A stretch of DNA of 64,000 nt from an uncultured Candidatus Saccharibacteria bacterium (GTDB lineage Bacteria > Patescibacteriota > Minisyncoccia > Phycocordibacterales > UBA12088): contig CAYWMQ010000001.1 in assembly GCA_964459635.1 (NCBI GenBank), positions 8,342 through 72,341 on the forward strand, read 5' to 3'. The position numbers and the translations under genes are program-made. Under the pieces are notes generated by a model. It was given only the letters and a program-made list of their open reading frames with translations, was not told the origin of the DNA and made no database searches. This document shows, piece by piece, positions 1 through 7,801 of this stretch (position 1 is its first letter; each line of letters starts with the position of its first letter).

Positions 1-156
1 ATCGAGCTCCATCCACTCCTTCTTGATGCCCCGCATCACGCGTACCTGGCGATGCACCCCCGTGGCCTTCATCATAGAAAAGGCACCGACGGCGCGCAGG
101 AGCAGAAGAAGCTTCTGTTGATTCACACCCAGTCTTTCTCGTCTGTTACGATGCAT
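1..156 (-). CDS. 5' part of a gene running off the window; probable CPR PaaX-like transcriptional regulator N-terminus
   Basis: Manual translation from ATG at 156: MHRNRRERLGVNQQKLLLLLRAVGAFSMMKATGVHRQVRVMRGIKKEWMELD, open to the window edge. The 'K(I/L)LLLL..G.....R....I.KEW' pattern recalls Parcubacteria PaaX-family proteins. Confidence 0.45.
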   Translation of the reverse strand, partial: MHRNRRERLGVNQQKLLLLLRAVGAFSMMKATGVHRQVRVMRGIKKEWMELD

Positions 157-473
157 GGGAACAGTATACGACACGGGTCGCATACCCAGCAACAGTCTAT
201 GAACGGCCGTTCATAGACTGTTGAGCTGCTTTGAGTGCGGTGGGTAGCATGTGTAGGTTGGGGTGGCTGACGTCGTTTGGGGGAGGTGTGGCGACAATGT
301 GTGTGACGAGAGGGACGAACGACTCGGCGTTTTTTCGGACGGTTTGTGGGGGTGCAGGGAGATGCTTACGCCAGAGCTTGACGTGTAGCGTAAAGTATGA
401 TATGAATGACGCGAACATGTTGTCTAGCACAATTTGCAGCAGGACTGTTCTTAGCAAGACAAAGGAGGACACA

Positions 474-755
474 ATGCTTTCGATGGAAGAAGCGGTTAAA
501 AAAACACGGATTAGCACAGGACGGGCCGAAGAACTCAAGGCCATGGAGGGAGTGGCGGACATGCATATACTCGCCTTATCCGCCGAGGAAGTCTCGAGTA
601 ATGGCGTAACGTTCACACTGCGCACGCCACCTAGTGCCGAGGTGCAGCGCGTGTTCGAAGCAAGGTGCGATGAGAATCATTGGTGGCTGAGCTATCGACC
701 CAACGTGGATGGAACGTTTGTTGTTCACCTCGAAAAGCGACGCGTTCCCTTCTAG
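474..755 (+). CDS. hypothetical protein (93 aa)
   Basis: Part of ORF 231..755. SD AAGGAGG lies just upstream of ATG 474, and a terminator hairpin follows the stop. Confidence 0.65.
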   Translation: MLSMEEAVKKTRISTGRAEELKAMEGVADMHILALSAEEVSSNGVTFTLRTPPSAEVQRVFEARCDENHWWLSYRPNVDGTFVVHLEKRRVPF

Positions 756-776
756 AAGGTACAAACAAAGCACAAC

Positions 777-796
777 AGGGGGCAGCAATGCCCCCT
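777..796 (+). terminator. intrinsic terminator-like hairpin
   Basis: AGGGGGCA-GCAA-TGCCCCCT: 8-bp stem with GNRA loop, just after stop 755. Confidence 0.6.
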
Positions 797-860
797 TCTC
801 GACACTCTGCTCATAGCCTATATGACAACACTAAGTAACATGATACGGTTCTACTTGTGG

Positions 861-889
861 TTGACAAATATATAAGAATATGCTTGAAT
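861..889 (+). promoter_or_regulatory. putative sigma70 promoter
   Basis: Perfect TTGACA at 861-866, 17-nt AT-rich spacer ending TGC, weak -10 TTGAAT. Confidence 0.4.
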
Positions 890-896
890 TGTACCA

Positions 897-1004
897 GAGC
901 CTCGCGATGAGGCTTCGTTCGTTGTAACTTCCCCAAACTACCCACGGGTAGCGCGGGGACTGCTCTGTACGCAGGGCAGCTAGAGGCGGTACGCCGCCAA
1001 GGAG
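897..1004 (+). promoter_or_regulatory. multi-hairpin structured 5' leader
   Basis: Four consecutive stems: AGCCTC/GAGGCT; TCCCC..CTACC-CACG-GGTAG..GGGGA; CTGCTCTG-TACG-CAGGGCAG; GGCGG-TACG-CCGCC. The last abuts SD AAGGAG. Confidence 0.45.
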
Positions 1005-1010
1005 AGAAAG

Positions 1011-1829
1011 ATGCAGCAGGAAGATGATGGCTCAAATCATTACGCGCGGGGTCATGAGGAATTTGACCCGCGCACTGAGTACGATCAGGGCACCAGTTAT
1101 TTTAGGAGTAGCCCATTGAGCGCAACGTTAAACCTGCTCGTGGGCGATGCTGATCCCTCTACGAGGCGAGACCTGGTCGAGGCTGCCTTCCGCAGGGCCG
1201 CACTCGGCTACAAAGACGGATTCGGGAACGAAGTGCTACCAAACGATTATGCGGCGGAACAGCTGGTGGACGAGCTTCGCGTGACTATGTACCGAGCATT
1301 TCCGCAGTCGAAGGCGCCGGAAGGTTTGTCGCGAGGTGCGAGAATCGCACACGAACAGGCACAGCACGAGGCCGCGAGCCTTGCTGCACTCACCGAGCTC
1401 AGCTCGATAGCGGAAAAGCTGCCGACGACGCGACAGTGGAGGGGGGCCAAAGTTCCCCACCTTCTCTATACGAAGCTGGCACTGGCGCGGGCATACTTTT
1501 GGGGTTGGTGGCGCCTGCAGGATGATACACCACGGAGCAGGGCCGCTTTCAAAGCATTCGAGCGGCTGTACCTCGCACACGTCACGGAATCGCCGGGTAC
1601 AGCGGAGAAGCTGTATCAGGTGCTTGCTGATGTGGTCAAAGCTGCTTGCGAATTCAAAGATCCTGAGGTGGTTCGCGACCTGGACCGATGGATACTCTTC
1701 GCTGAAGCGGCCGCACTGCGGGTGCCTTTCGCACAGGCACGGGCGCGAATCATTGGGCGAGAGGAGGCGGGCAAGGAAGCGCACAAGGAAGCGCTGGCGC
1801 GCAGCGAAATGAAGGGACGAGTGCGGTAG
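1011..1829 (+). CDS. hypothetical alpha-helical protein (272 aa)
   Basis: Long ORF with SD AAGGAG; no motif recognised. Confidence 0.75.
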   Translation: MQQEDDGSNHYARGHEEFDPRTEYDQGTSYFRSSPLSATLNLLVGDADPSTRRDLVEAAFRRAALGYKDGFGNEVLPNDYAAEQLVDELRVTMYRAFPQSKAPEGLSRGARIAHEQAQHEAASLAALTELSSIAEKLPTTRQWRGAKVPHLLYTKLALARAYFWGWWRLQDDTPRSRAAFKAFERLYLAHVTESPGTAEKLYQVLADVVKAACEFKDPEVVRDLDRWILFAEAAALRVPFAQARARIIGREEAGKEAHKEALARSEMKGRVR

Positions 1830-1842
1830 GTACCGCACCTTA

Positions 1843-1865
1843 GAGGGGCCCTTACACGGCCCCTC
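1843..1865 (+). terminator. GC hairpin after stop
   Basis: GAGGGGCC-7nt-GGCCCCTC; no strong U-tract. Confidence 0.4.
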
Positions 1866-1870
1866 ACTAC

Positions 1871-1899
1871 TTGACGGAAGAAAGTGTATAGAGTACACT
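1871..1899 (+). promoter_or_regulatory. promoter P1 of nad operon with overlapping NrtR-type operator
   Basis: TTGACG-17nt-TACACT. The palindrome AGTGT-ATAGAGT-ACACT (1883-1899) has the GT-N7-AC core described for NrtR boxes. Confidence 0.6.
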
Positions 1900-1939
1900 A
1901 ACACATGGAACACGGGCCGTGGCGTGGCCTGCGAAATAG

Positions 1940-1968
1940 TTGACGTATCTAGTAAAATATGTTAAAAT
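1940..1968 (+). promoter_or_regulatory. promoter P2 of nad operon
   Basis: TTGACG-17nt-TAAAAT with extended -10 TGn. Confidence 0.7.
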
Positions 1969-2018
1969 AGCGCGATTTGTTCGTTGATAAATAGATGGAA
2001 AAAAAGAGGAGGAATAGC

Positions 2019-3704
2019 ATGACTCTTCGTGTTGCAGCGATGCAGATCAACTGCAGAATGCTTGACTTGAAAGGAAACAGCCGCAAGGTCATCGCGGCCT
2101 ACCGACAGCTTGCGGCATCCGGGGCTCATGTAGTGACAGCCCCTGAGCTCGTGCTGACGGACTACCCTGCGGTGGATTACTACACGAACGCGGCTGTCTT
2201 GCGCGAGCAGGACAAAGCGCTCGAACGTGTGCTCCGCGCTGTCGGCGAGACTGTGCTCGTGCTCACACATGTCACACGTAACCTCGGGACGGGTAAGCCG
2301 CTCTTCAACACTATCGTGGTGATGCAACATGGGCGGATCATTCACCGGCAGCACAAGGCCTGCCTCGCCGATCAAAGCGAGTTTATGGAATGGCGTCAGT
2401 TTGAGCCCAACCCAAGTCGTATTGAGGCGTTCCAGGTGTCCTTTGCCGATGGGGAAACCGCTCGGTGTGCGGTTCTCGCTTGTGAAGATATCTGGGGCGG
2501 TCCGGTGCCCGGCGGGTCCGGTACGATACACACTCGCGAGGCGGTTGAAGAAGTCGCCGCTCTCCGGGTGGAGTATCTCTTCGTCCCCAACGGCTCGCCC
2601 GGCTGGGTGAACAAGCCGCTCCTGCGGGACCGACTGCTGCGGCATGTGGCCACGCGCACCGGTGCGACGGTGGTGTATGCCAACAAGACGGGCGGCACCG
2701 ACAACTTGGTGTTCGACGGGGACAGCAGCATATACGCACCACACGGGTGTGTGGCGCGCGGTCTCCTCTTTGAAGAAGGTGTGGTGACCAATTACTGCTA
2801 TGGTATTGCCGACCCGCTCGCCGTGCCGGTACAGGACAGCATGGAATACTTGTATCGCCTGCTCGTGATGAGTGTGCGGGACTACTACGAGAAGAACCCG
2901 TACTTCACGGGCTTGCTCGTATCTTCCTCGGGCGGCATCGACTCGGCACTCACTGCCGCACTTGGCGTTGAGGCACTGGGTCCCGATCGCATGCGTTTGC
3001 TGATGCAACCCTCTGCTATTTCGTCTGAGCACAGCGTGCAAGACGCCGTCGCCCTCGCTCGCAATCTCGGGGTGGAGCAAAATCATCTCATCTCGATCGA
3101 GCCGGCGATGAATGCGCTCGAGTCAATGCTCGAACCCTACTTCGTGGGGCTACCGCGAGATGTAACGGAAGAGAATGAGCAGGCGCGCATCCGTGGCGTG
3201 GTGGCAATGGCGTTTGCTAATAAGTTCCACCTGCTTCCGCTTGCGACCGGCAACAAGTCGGAGATGTCGGTGGGCTACGCCACACTCTACGGAGATATGT
3301 GCGGAGGCTACGCGGTTCTCAAGGATGTCTACAAGACGACCGTGTTCAAACTCGCGCGCTACGTGAACGAGCGAGCAGGTCACGCGCTCATTCCCGAGCA
3401 CATCCTTACGAAGCCGCCAAGCGCGGAGCTTTCCGAGGGTCAGATGGATACCGACTCGCTGCCTCCGTACGATGTGCTGGACGCGATCCTGCAGAGGGTC
3501 ATTGAAGAGGGTTTGTTCGCGGCGGACATTATCGCCCAAGGCTTCGACGCAGAGACAGTCTGTCGAGTGGAACGGATGGTTACTGCAGCTGAGTTCAAGC
3601 GACGACAGGCTCCTCCGGGGCCGAAGACAACCGCGCGCGGCTTGGTGGCTGATACCGGACGTGTCGTACCCATTACGGTGAACTTCACGCGAATTGACGA
3701 TTGA
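2019..3704 (+). CDS. nadE: glutamine-dependent NAD+ synthetase
   Basis: Nitrilase-family N-domain with E-K-C triad (PEL, HK, ACEDIW). Synthetase domain motifs SSGGIDS, ENEQARIRG, TGNKSE, GYATLYGD, KPPSAEL, EFKRRQAPPG. SD GAGGAGG precedes ATG 2019. Confidence 0.95.
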   Translation: MTLRVAAMQINCRMLDLKGNSRKVIAAYRQLAASGAHVVTAPELVLTDYPAVDYYTNAAVLREQDKALERVLRAVGETVLVLTHVTRNLGTGKPLFNTIVVMQHGRIIHRQHKACLADQSEFMEWRQFEPNPSRIEAFQVSFADGETARCAVLACEDIWGGPVPGGSGTIHTREAVEEVAALRVEYLFVPNGSPGWVNKPLLRDRLLRHVATRTGATVVYANKTGGTDNLVFDGDSSIYAPHGCVARGLLFEEGVVTNYCYGIADPLAVPVQDSMEYLYRLLVMSVRDYYEKNPYFTGLLVSSSGGIDSALTAALGVEALGPDRMRLLMQPSAISSEHSVQDAVALARNLGVEQNHLISIEPAMNALESMLEPYFVGLPRDVTEENEQARIRGVVAMAFANKFHLLPLATGNKSEMSVGYATLYGDMCGGYAVLKDVYKTTVFKLARYVNERAGHALIPEHILTKPPSAELSEGQMDTDSLPPYDVLDAILQRVIEEGLFAADIIAQGFDAETVCRVERMVTAAEFKRRQAPPGPKTTARGLVADTGRVVPITVNFTRIDD

Positions 3705-3719
3705 TCCGCACGGCAACCC

Positions 3720-3743
3720 GCCCCGCGCCTTCGGGCGCGGGGC
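3720..3743 (+). other. intercistronic hairpin with cUUCGg loop
   Basis: GCCCCGCGCC-TTCG-GGCGCGGGGC, directly before the nadD SD. Confidence 0.7.
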
Positions 3744-3759
3744 ACGGAGGAGACGAACG

Positions 3760-4491
3760 ATGCACCATGTGATGAACATTCAGGGGGTGCCGATCGTGCA
3801 GCCCGAGGACCTGTTCAAGACAGTGTTCCTCTTCGCCGGGCGCTTCCACGTGCCCGGACTGCACCACCGCATACTTGTCGAGATGCTGTCTATGCTCGCG
3901 GCAGACACTGCGGAGAAGACAGGCTACCTCGCCGAAGTGGTGGTGTGGCCCGTAGCGGCGTACGATGAGCGGGACATCTGCATCAGCATCGAGCACCGCA
4001 AACAACTTGTGGCTCGCGCGTTTGCGGATATTCCGCACGTCATGTTTCGCTGGGACGATTTGGAAAACGGAGGGTATGGCTATACGCCGACCGTGGACCA
4101 GTACGACCGCCTTGCGAACGTGCCGGACCAGGAGCTACGCGGCCTGCTGCGACATCGGCTTACCGTGCCTTCGCTCTTGCGCCAGGTGTTCATCGTGGCG
4201 GGAGCGGACAATGTGGCACGTGAGACCGTGCTGTCGTGGGAGCAGGGGGACTGGCTGTTCGACGAAGCTCCGTGGATCATCTTCACGCGGCCCGGACACG
4301 TGCTCACGGATGCTCCGCCACATCGCACGGTCATCGAAGTAGACCTTCCGATGTGCGCCACCGACATCATCGCGAAGATCGAGCGTGGTGAGGAATGGGA
4401 GTCGCTCGTGGCGAATCGACGGGTGGCCGACTACATCAAGCAGCACGGGCTGTACGGATACGGAGGCGCTCCGGTTACGGCGGCTTGGTGA
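3760..4491 (+). CDS. nadD: nicotinate-nucleotide adenylyltransferase, divergent
   Basis: LFAGRFHVPGLHH (variant of GGxFxPxHxGH), IVAGADNV..W, and C-terminal VADYIKQHGLY. Lies between nadE and pncB; SD GGAGG before ATG 3760. Confidence 0.8.
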   Translation: MHHVMNIQGVPIVQPEDLFKTVFLFAGRFHVPGLHHRILVEMLSMLAADTAEKTGYLAEVVVWPVAAYDERDICISIEHRKQLVARAFADIPHVMFRWDDLENGGYGYTPTVDQYDRLANVPDQELRGLLRHRLTVPSLLRQVFIVAGADNVARETVLSWEQGDWLFDEAPWIIFTRPGHVLTDAPPHRTVIEVDLPMCATDIIAKIERGEEWESLVANRRVADYIKQHGLYGYGGAPVTAAW

Positions 4492-4526
4492 TGTGCGGCT
4501 TCGGACTTAACTGTGACTCACACATA

Positions 4527-4550
4527 CCCCGCGCGCGTCTGCGCGCGGGG
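4527..4550 (+). other. intercistronic hairpin
   Basis: CCCCGCGCGC-GTCT-GCGCGCGGGG, directly before the pncB SD AGGAGG. Confidence 0.7.
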
Positions 4551-4561
4551 AGGAGGGAGAG

Positions 4562-6175
4562 ATGGAATTGAACACGAATTGGCTGAAGGGTAACAGAAAT
4601 CTGCTGGCCGCGTATCGCAACATGGGCCAGCCGGAAACGTTGCCGTGGGATCACTACGAAGTGAGCATGGCGGACGTGGATGTGGCGGAGGGTCATGATG
4701 ACACGTACATGTCCAAGGCCTTCTTCATCCGAAAAGCGCCTTTTGGTGGCACGTATGCGCTGCTTGGTGGCTTGACCAAAGCGTTGCGAGTCATCAATGA
4801 TTGGCGCTGCGACCCGGTACAGGCGGAGATGCTGCGATATCTGGGCGTGCCTGAACGGTACGTGCAGTACTTGCAGCATCATCAGCGCTTGCGGCTGCGA
4901 ATCTACGCTATGCGGGAGGGCACACCATTCTTCCCCCATGAGCCGGCAATCATCGTCTATGGGCCAAAGCCCGATGTGCGTCTGGTAGAGGGTATTGTGA
5001 GCGAGGCGTGTAACTACGGCTCGCTGTCGCTCACGAAGTGGCATCGCATCGTGCAAGCTGCGCGTCCGGGCCAGGTGCTCGAGTTCTCTCGTCGCAGGGC
5101 TCAGAACAGCGTGCTGGCATCAATCTACGCAGCATGCGCCGGCTGCGCCGCCACGAGTAACACCGCAGTGCTGCAGCACCTTGATATTCCCGTTAAAGGA
5201 ACAATGGGACATGAGGGGCCACAGTCAGTCGGCGACCCACGGGCATGGTTTGATGCCATGTTGCGGGCTAATCCCCGCAACGCGATCGGGCTTGTCGACA
5301 CCATTAGTTGTCTCGACGTCGATTTCCCGGCTTGGCTTGACTGCGTGTATGTGCATCGAGAAGAGGTGAAAGAGCATGCTGCTGTTTGGGGATGGCGCAA
5401 CGACAGTGGGTCCCTGGCAGTGCTCACCATTGAGCAGTATCAGCGATTCAGGCGGCACCCACTTTCGCAGGACCGATGGTTCGTTGAGCGAGCTCGCGTT
5501 GTACAGGGAGGCGGCCTCGACGAATATAAGATCCAGGGAATAACGCGCGATGTATACAGCATGGCGAGGCAGATCGGTCTCGATGGCGATGACCTTGTGA
5601 GTCGCTTCATTTGGGCGGTCGGTGATGCAGGTGGCTCGTGCACCGATCAGCCCATACTTGGCGGTGTGATGAAAATCGGACTCGTCGGCGGCCAGGCAAG
5701 CATAAAGCTTGCCCTTGCGGCAGACGCGTCCGTGAGCGACAAGACGTCCATTCCAGGCTTTGTGCTCTCCGCGAACGTATATGACGCGGGCAACGAGCAT
5801 CAGGGTGTGTTGCTGTACCGGCCCTCGACGGACGCACTCGTTGCCAACGTGGTGGGGTCCGGTACGTGGTGGCCGGAGGATGTGGAAATGTGCGCGATGT
5901 CCAACAGGGCAAAGCGCACGCTCGTGCGCGGGGCTCGTGTTGAGCCGAAACATACGGTCGTCTACGATAGCCTCGTGGGGACGGGGCCGACTGCGTGGCA
6001 AGAAACCACCGTCGACTCTGTGCATACTGCAATCGAAGAGGAGGTGGGTAAGCTCTGGTGGGGAGCTCGGCAGTTGCAGGACCCGACGCCGCCGCGTGTG
6101 TCAGTGACGGAGGATCTGTTCGACTTGCGCCAGCGCATGATCGAAAATTGGCAGATTCTTGAGTCTGCTGCATAG
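4562..6175 (+). CDS. pncB: nicotinate phosphoribosyltransferase
   Basis: DHYEVSM, FFIRKAPFGG, EFSRRRAQ, TSN, GTMGH (phospho-His site), LVDT, RNDSG, GLDE, LGGVMKI. Confidence 0.88.
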   Translation: MELNTNWLKGNRNLLAAYRNMGQPETLPWDHYEVSMADVDVAEGHDDTYMSKAFFIRKAPFGGTYALLGGLTKALRVINDWRCDPVQAEMLRYLGVPERYVQYLQHHQRLRLRIYAMREGTPFFPHEPAIIVYGPKPDVRLVEGIVSEACNYGSLSLTKWHRIVQAARPGQVLEFSRRRAQNSVLASIYAACAGCAATSNTAVLQHLDIPVKGTMGHEGPQSVGDPRAWFDAMLRANPRNAIGLVDTISCLDVDFPAWLDCVYVHREEVKEHAAVWGWRNDSGSLAVLTIEQYQRFRRHPLSQDRWFVERARVVQGGGLDEYKIQGITRDVYSMARQIGLDGDDLVSRFIWAVGDAGGSCTDQPILGGVMKIGLVGGQASIKLALAADASVSDKTSIPGFVLSANVYDAGNEHQGVLLYRPSTDALVANVVGSGTWWPEDVEMCAMSNRAKRTLVRGARVEPKHTVVYDSLVGTGPTAWQETTVDSVHTAIEEEVGKLWWGARQLQDPTPPRVSVTEDLFDLRQRMIENWQILESAA

Positions 6176-6212
6176 CAGGCAAGGCAACTGTTCTTTGGCG
6201 CACATGCGCTAC

Positions 6213-6236
6213 GGCCGGAGGGGAAACCTTCCGGCC
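6213..6236 (+). terminator. hairpin ending nad operon
   Basis: GGCCGGAGGG-GAAA-CCTTCCGGCC followed by TTGACTTT. Confidence 0.6.
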
Positions 6237-6264
6237 TTGACTTTATCGCTAGAATGTGTATAAT
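6237..6264 (+). promoter_or_regulatory. sigma70 promoter
   Basis: TTGACT-16nt-TATAAT. Confidence 0.6.
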
Positions 6265-6326
6265 TATAAGGGAGCAGTAGCACATCAAATCCGGTGTGCT
6301 CGCCGTTCCTGTTAATGGAGGATGCA

Positions 6327-6560
6327 ATGCAGATTAAGTTTGACCGCAACATCGGGCTCGCAGAGCTTCTCGATGCCTTGAAAGACAACTCGCACGTCAG
6401 CGGCCGGATCGAGAAAGATGGTGGCGTGGACGCTAGGTTCGAGCAGAATGCGCCGCGGGTACTTTTTACGTTTCGTCGACTGCCGGTCGCGGAGGTGAGA
6501 GCTATGCTAGCCTTTGACTATCCCGCTGCTGAGTGGGTGGTAATCACCGAGATTATCTAA
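6327..6560 (+). CDS. hypothetical protein (77 aa)
   Basis: SD GGAGG before ATG 6327; has its own promoter and a downstream hairpin. Confidence 0.65.
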   Translation: MQIKFDRNIGLAELLDALKDNSHVSGRIEKDGGVDARFEQNAPRVLFTFRRLPVAEVRAMLAFDYPAAEWVVITEII

Positions 6561-6596
6561 GCACAAGGTCGACCCTCGCCAGAAGACGTTCACACG

Positions 6597-6623
6597 GACC
6601 CGGTGCTCTATGAGCACCGGGTC
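6597..6623 (+). terminator. terminator-like hairpin
   Basis: GACCCGGTGCTC-TAT-GAGCACCGGGTC, 12-bp perfect stem. Confidence 0.6.
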
Positions 6624-6670
6624 TTACTGCGCGTGGTTGCTACACTAGCTTTCGTACTGATGGTTTTGCG

Positions 6671-6704
6671 TCTAACTCTAAACTCTAAACTCAAAACTCT
6701 AAAC
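6671..6704. repeat. 7-nt tandem repeat (TCTAAAC)n
   Basis: TCTAAC TCTAAAC TCTAAAC TCAAAAC TCTAAAC. Confidence 0.85.
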
Positions 6705-6754
6705 TTTGCACCTCTTCCTCTCTTCTTCATGAGCTTGTGCTACACTAGGTACCC

Positions 6755-7681
6755 ATGGCTGATGCTGCACTTTCACTACGCGACCTGCGCAAGACGTACG
6801 AAAACGGTACGGAGGCGCTGAAGGGTATCACGCTTGCCGTACCGCGCGGTGAGCTCTTTGCATTGCTCGGGCCGAACGGCGCGGGAAAGTCTACGACCAT
6901 AGGCATCATTACCGGGCTCACCAACAAGACAAGCGGCACAGTGGAAGTCTTCGGCACGTCCATCGACGCCGACCACGACAAGGTGAAGTCGTATATCGGG
7001 CTTGTGCCGCAGGAGATGAACTTCAACATCTTTGAGAAGGTCATAGACATCGTATGCACGCAGGGTGGGTACTACGGGCTCCCGCGCAAGCTTGCCGCAG
7101 AACGCGCGGAAAAGTATCTCACCGCGCTTGGTCTCTGGGATAAGCGCAACGACAAGGGGCGCACGCTCTCGGGCGGCATGAAGCGCAGACTCATGATCGC
7201 GCGCGCACTCGTCCATGAGCCGGAGCTTTTGATATTGGATGAGCCGACGGCGGGTGTGGACGTGGAGCTTCGCCGAGGCATGTACGACTTTCTGCGGCGG
7301 CTCATAGCAGAGGGTAAGACCATCATCCTCACCACGCACTACCTGGAGGAAGCGGAAGAGCTCGCGAAGGGGCTCGCTATCATCAACAACGGCACGATAG
7401 TGGCGGAGGGCACGGTAAAGCAGCTCCTTGCAGGTATGGACGCAGCCACGTACGTGCTCGACGTTGCCGGGCCGGTGCGCGCAGACGCTTTGGGTGTGGT
7501 ACGCGCGTATGCACCTCACGTGCGCGACAGCGATACGCTTGAGCTCACTGCGCGTACTGATGCGACACTGGGTCGTGCAGTCGCCCTGCTTGAGCAGGGT
7601 GGCGTGTCGGTAGTGAGCGTGCGACCCAAGGGGAATAGGCTGGAAGAATTATTCGTCAAGTTGACGAATAATTCAAAGTAA
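6755..7681 (+). CDS. yadG: ABC transporter ATP-binding protein, YadG-like
   Basis: Walker A GPNGAGKST, signature LSGGMKRR, Walker B LLILDEPT, H-loop TTH. Extended -10 TGCTACACT lies 8 nt before the ATG. Confidence 0.9.
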   Translation: MADAALSLRDLRKTYENGTEALKGITLAVPRGELFALLGPNGAGKSTTIGIITGLTNKTSGTVEVFGTSIDADHDKVKSYIGLVPQEMNFNIFEKVIDIVCTQGGYYGLPRKLAAERAEKYLTALGLWDKRNDKGRTLSGGMKRRLMIARALVHEPELLILDEPTAGVDVELRRGMYDFLRRLIAEGKTIILTTHYLEEAEELAKGLAIINNGTIVAEGTVKQLLAGMDAATYVLDVAGPVRADALGVVRAYAPHVRDSDTLELTARTDATLGRAVALLEQGGVSVVSVRPKGNRLEELFVKLTNNSK

Positions 7682-7791
7682 AAAGTCAAAAGTCAAAATG
7701 CAAAAATCCAAGTCAAAATTCAAAAGCTGCGGCACTCGTACCTCTCACTTTTTACTTGCGCTTTTAACTTCTACCTTTTGAATTTTGACTT
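7672..7791. repeat. inverted pair of 7-nt tandem arrays (TCAAAAG-type / CTTTTGA-type)
   Basis: Left arm 7672-7726, right arm 7747-7791. Contains a perfect 17-bp inverted repeat: AAGTCAAAATTCAAAAG (7710-7726) / CTTTTGAATTTTGACTT (7775-7791). Confidence 0.85.
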
Positions 7792-7801
7792 ATACGACCT
7801 T

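Noticed and set aside
240-360. G-rich tract as a G-quadruplex or repeat
   Set aside because: G-runs are irregular with long loops, and no repeat unit could be defined.
2019-6175. Phage NAD-reconstitution pathway (NARP1/NARP2)
   Set aside because: The enzymes form the deamidated PncB-NadD-NadE route rather than Adps/Namat or Nampt/Nmnat, and the context is not viral.
6671-7791. Short repeats as a CRISPR array
   Set aside because: Units are 7 nt and contiguous with no unique spacers; no cas genes were recognised in the window.
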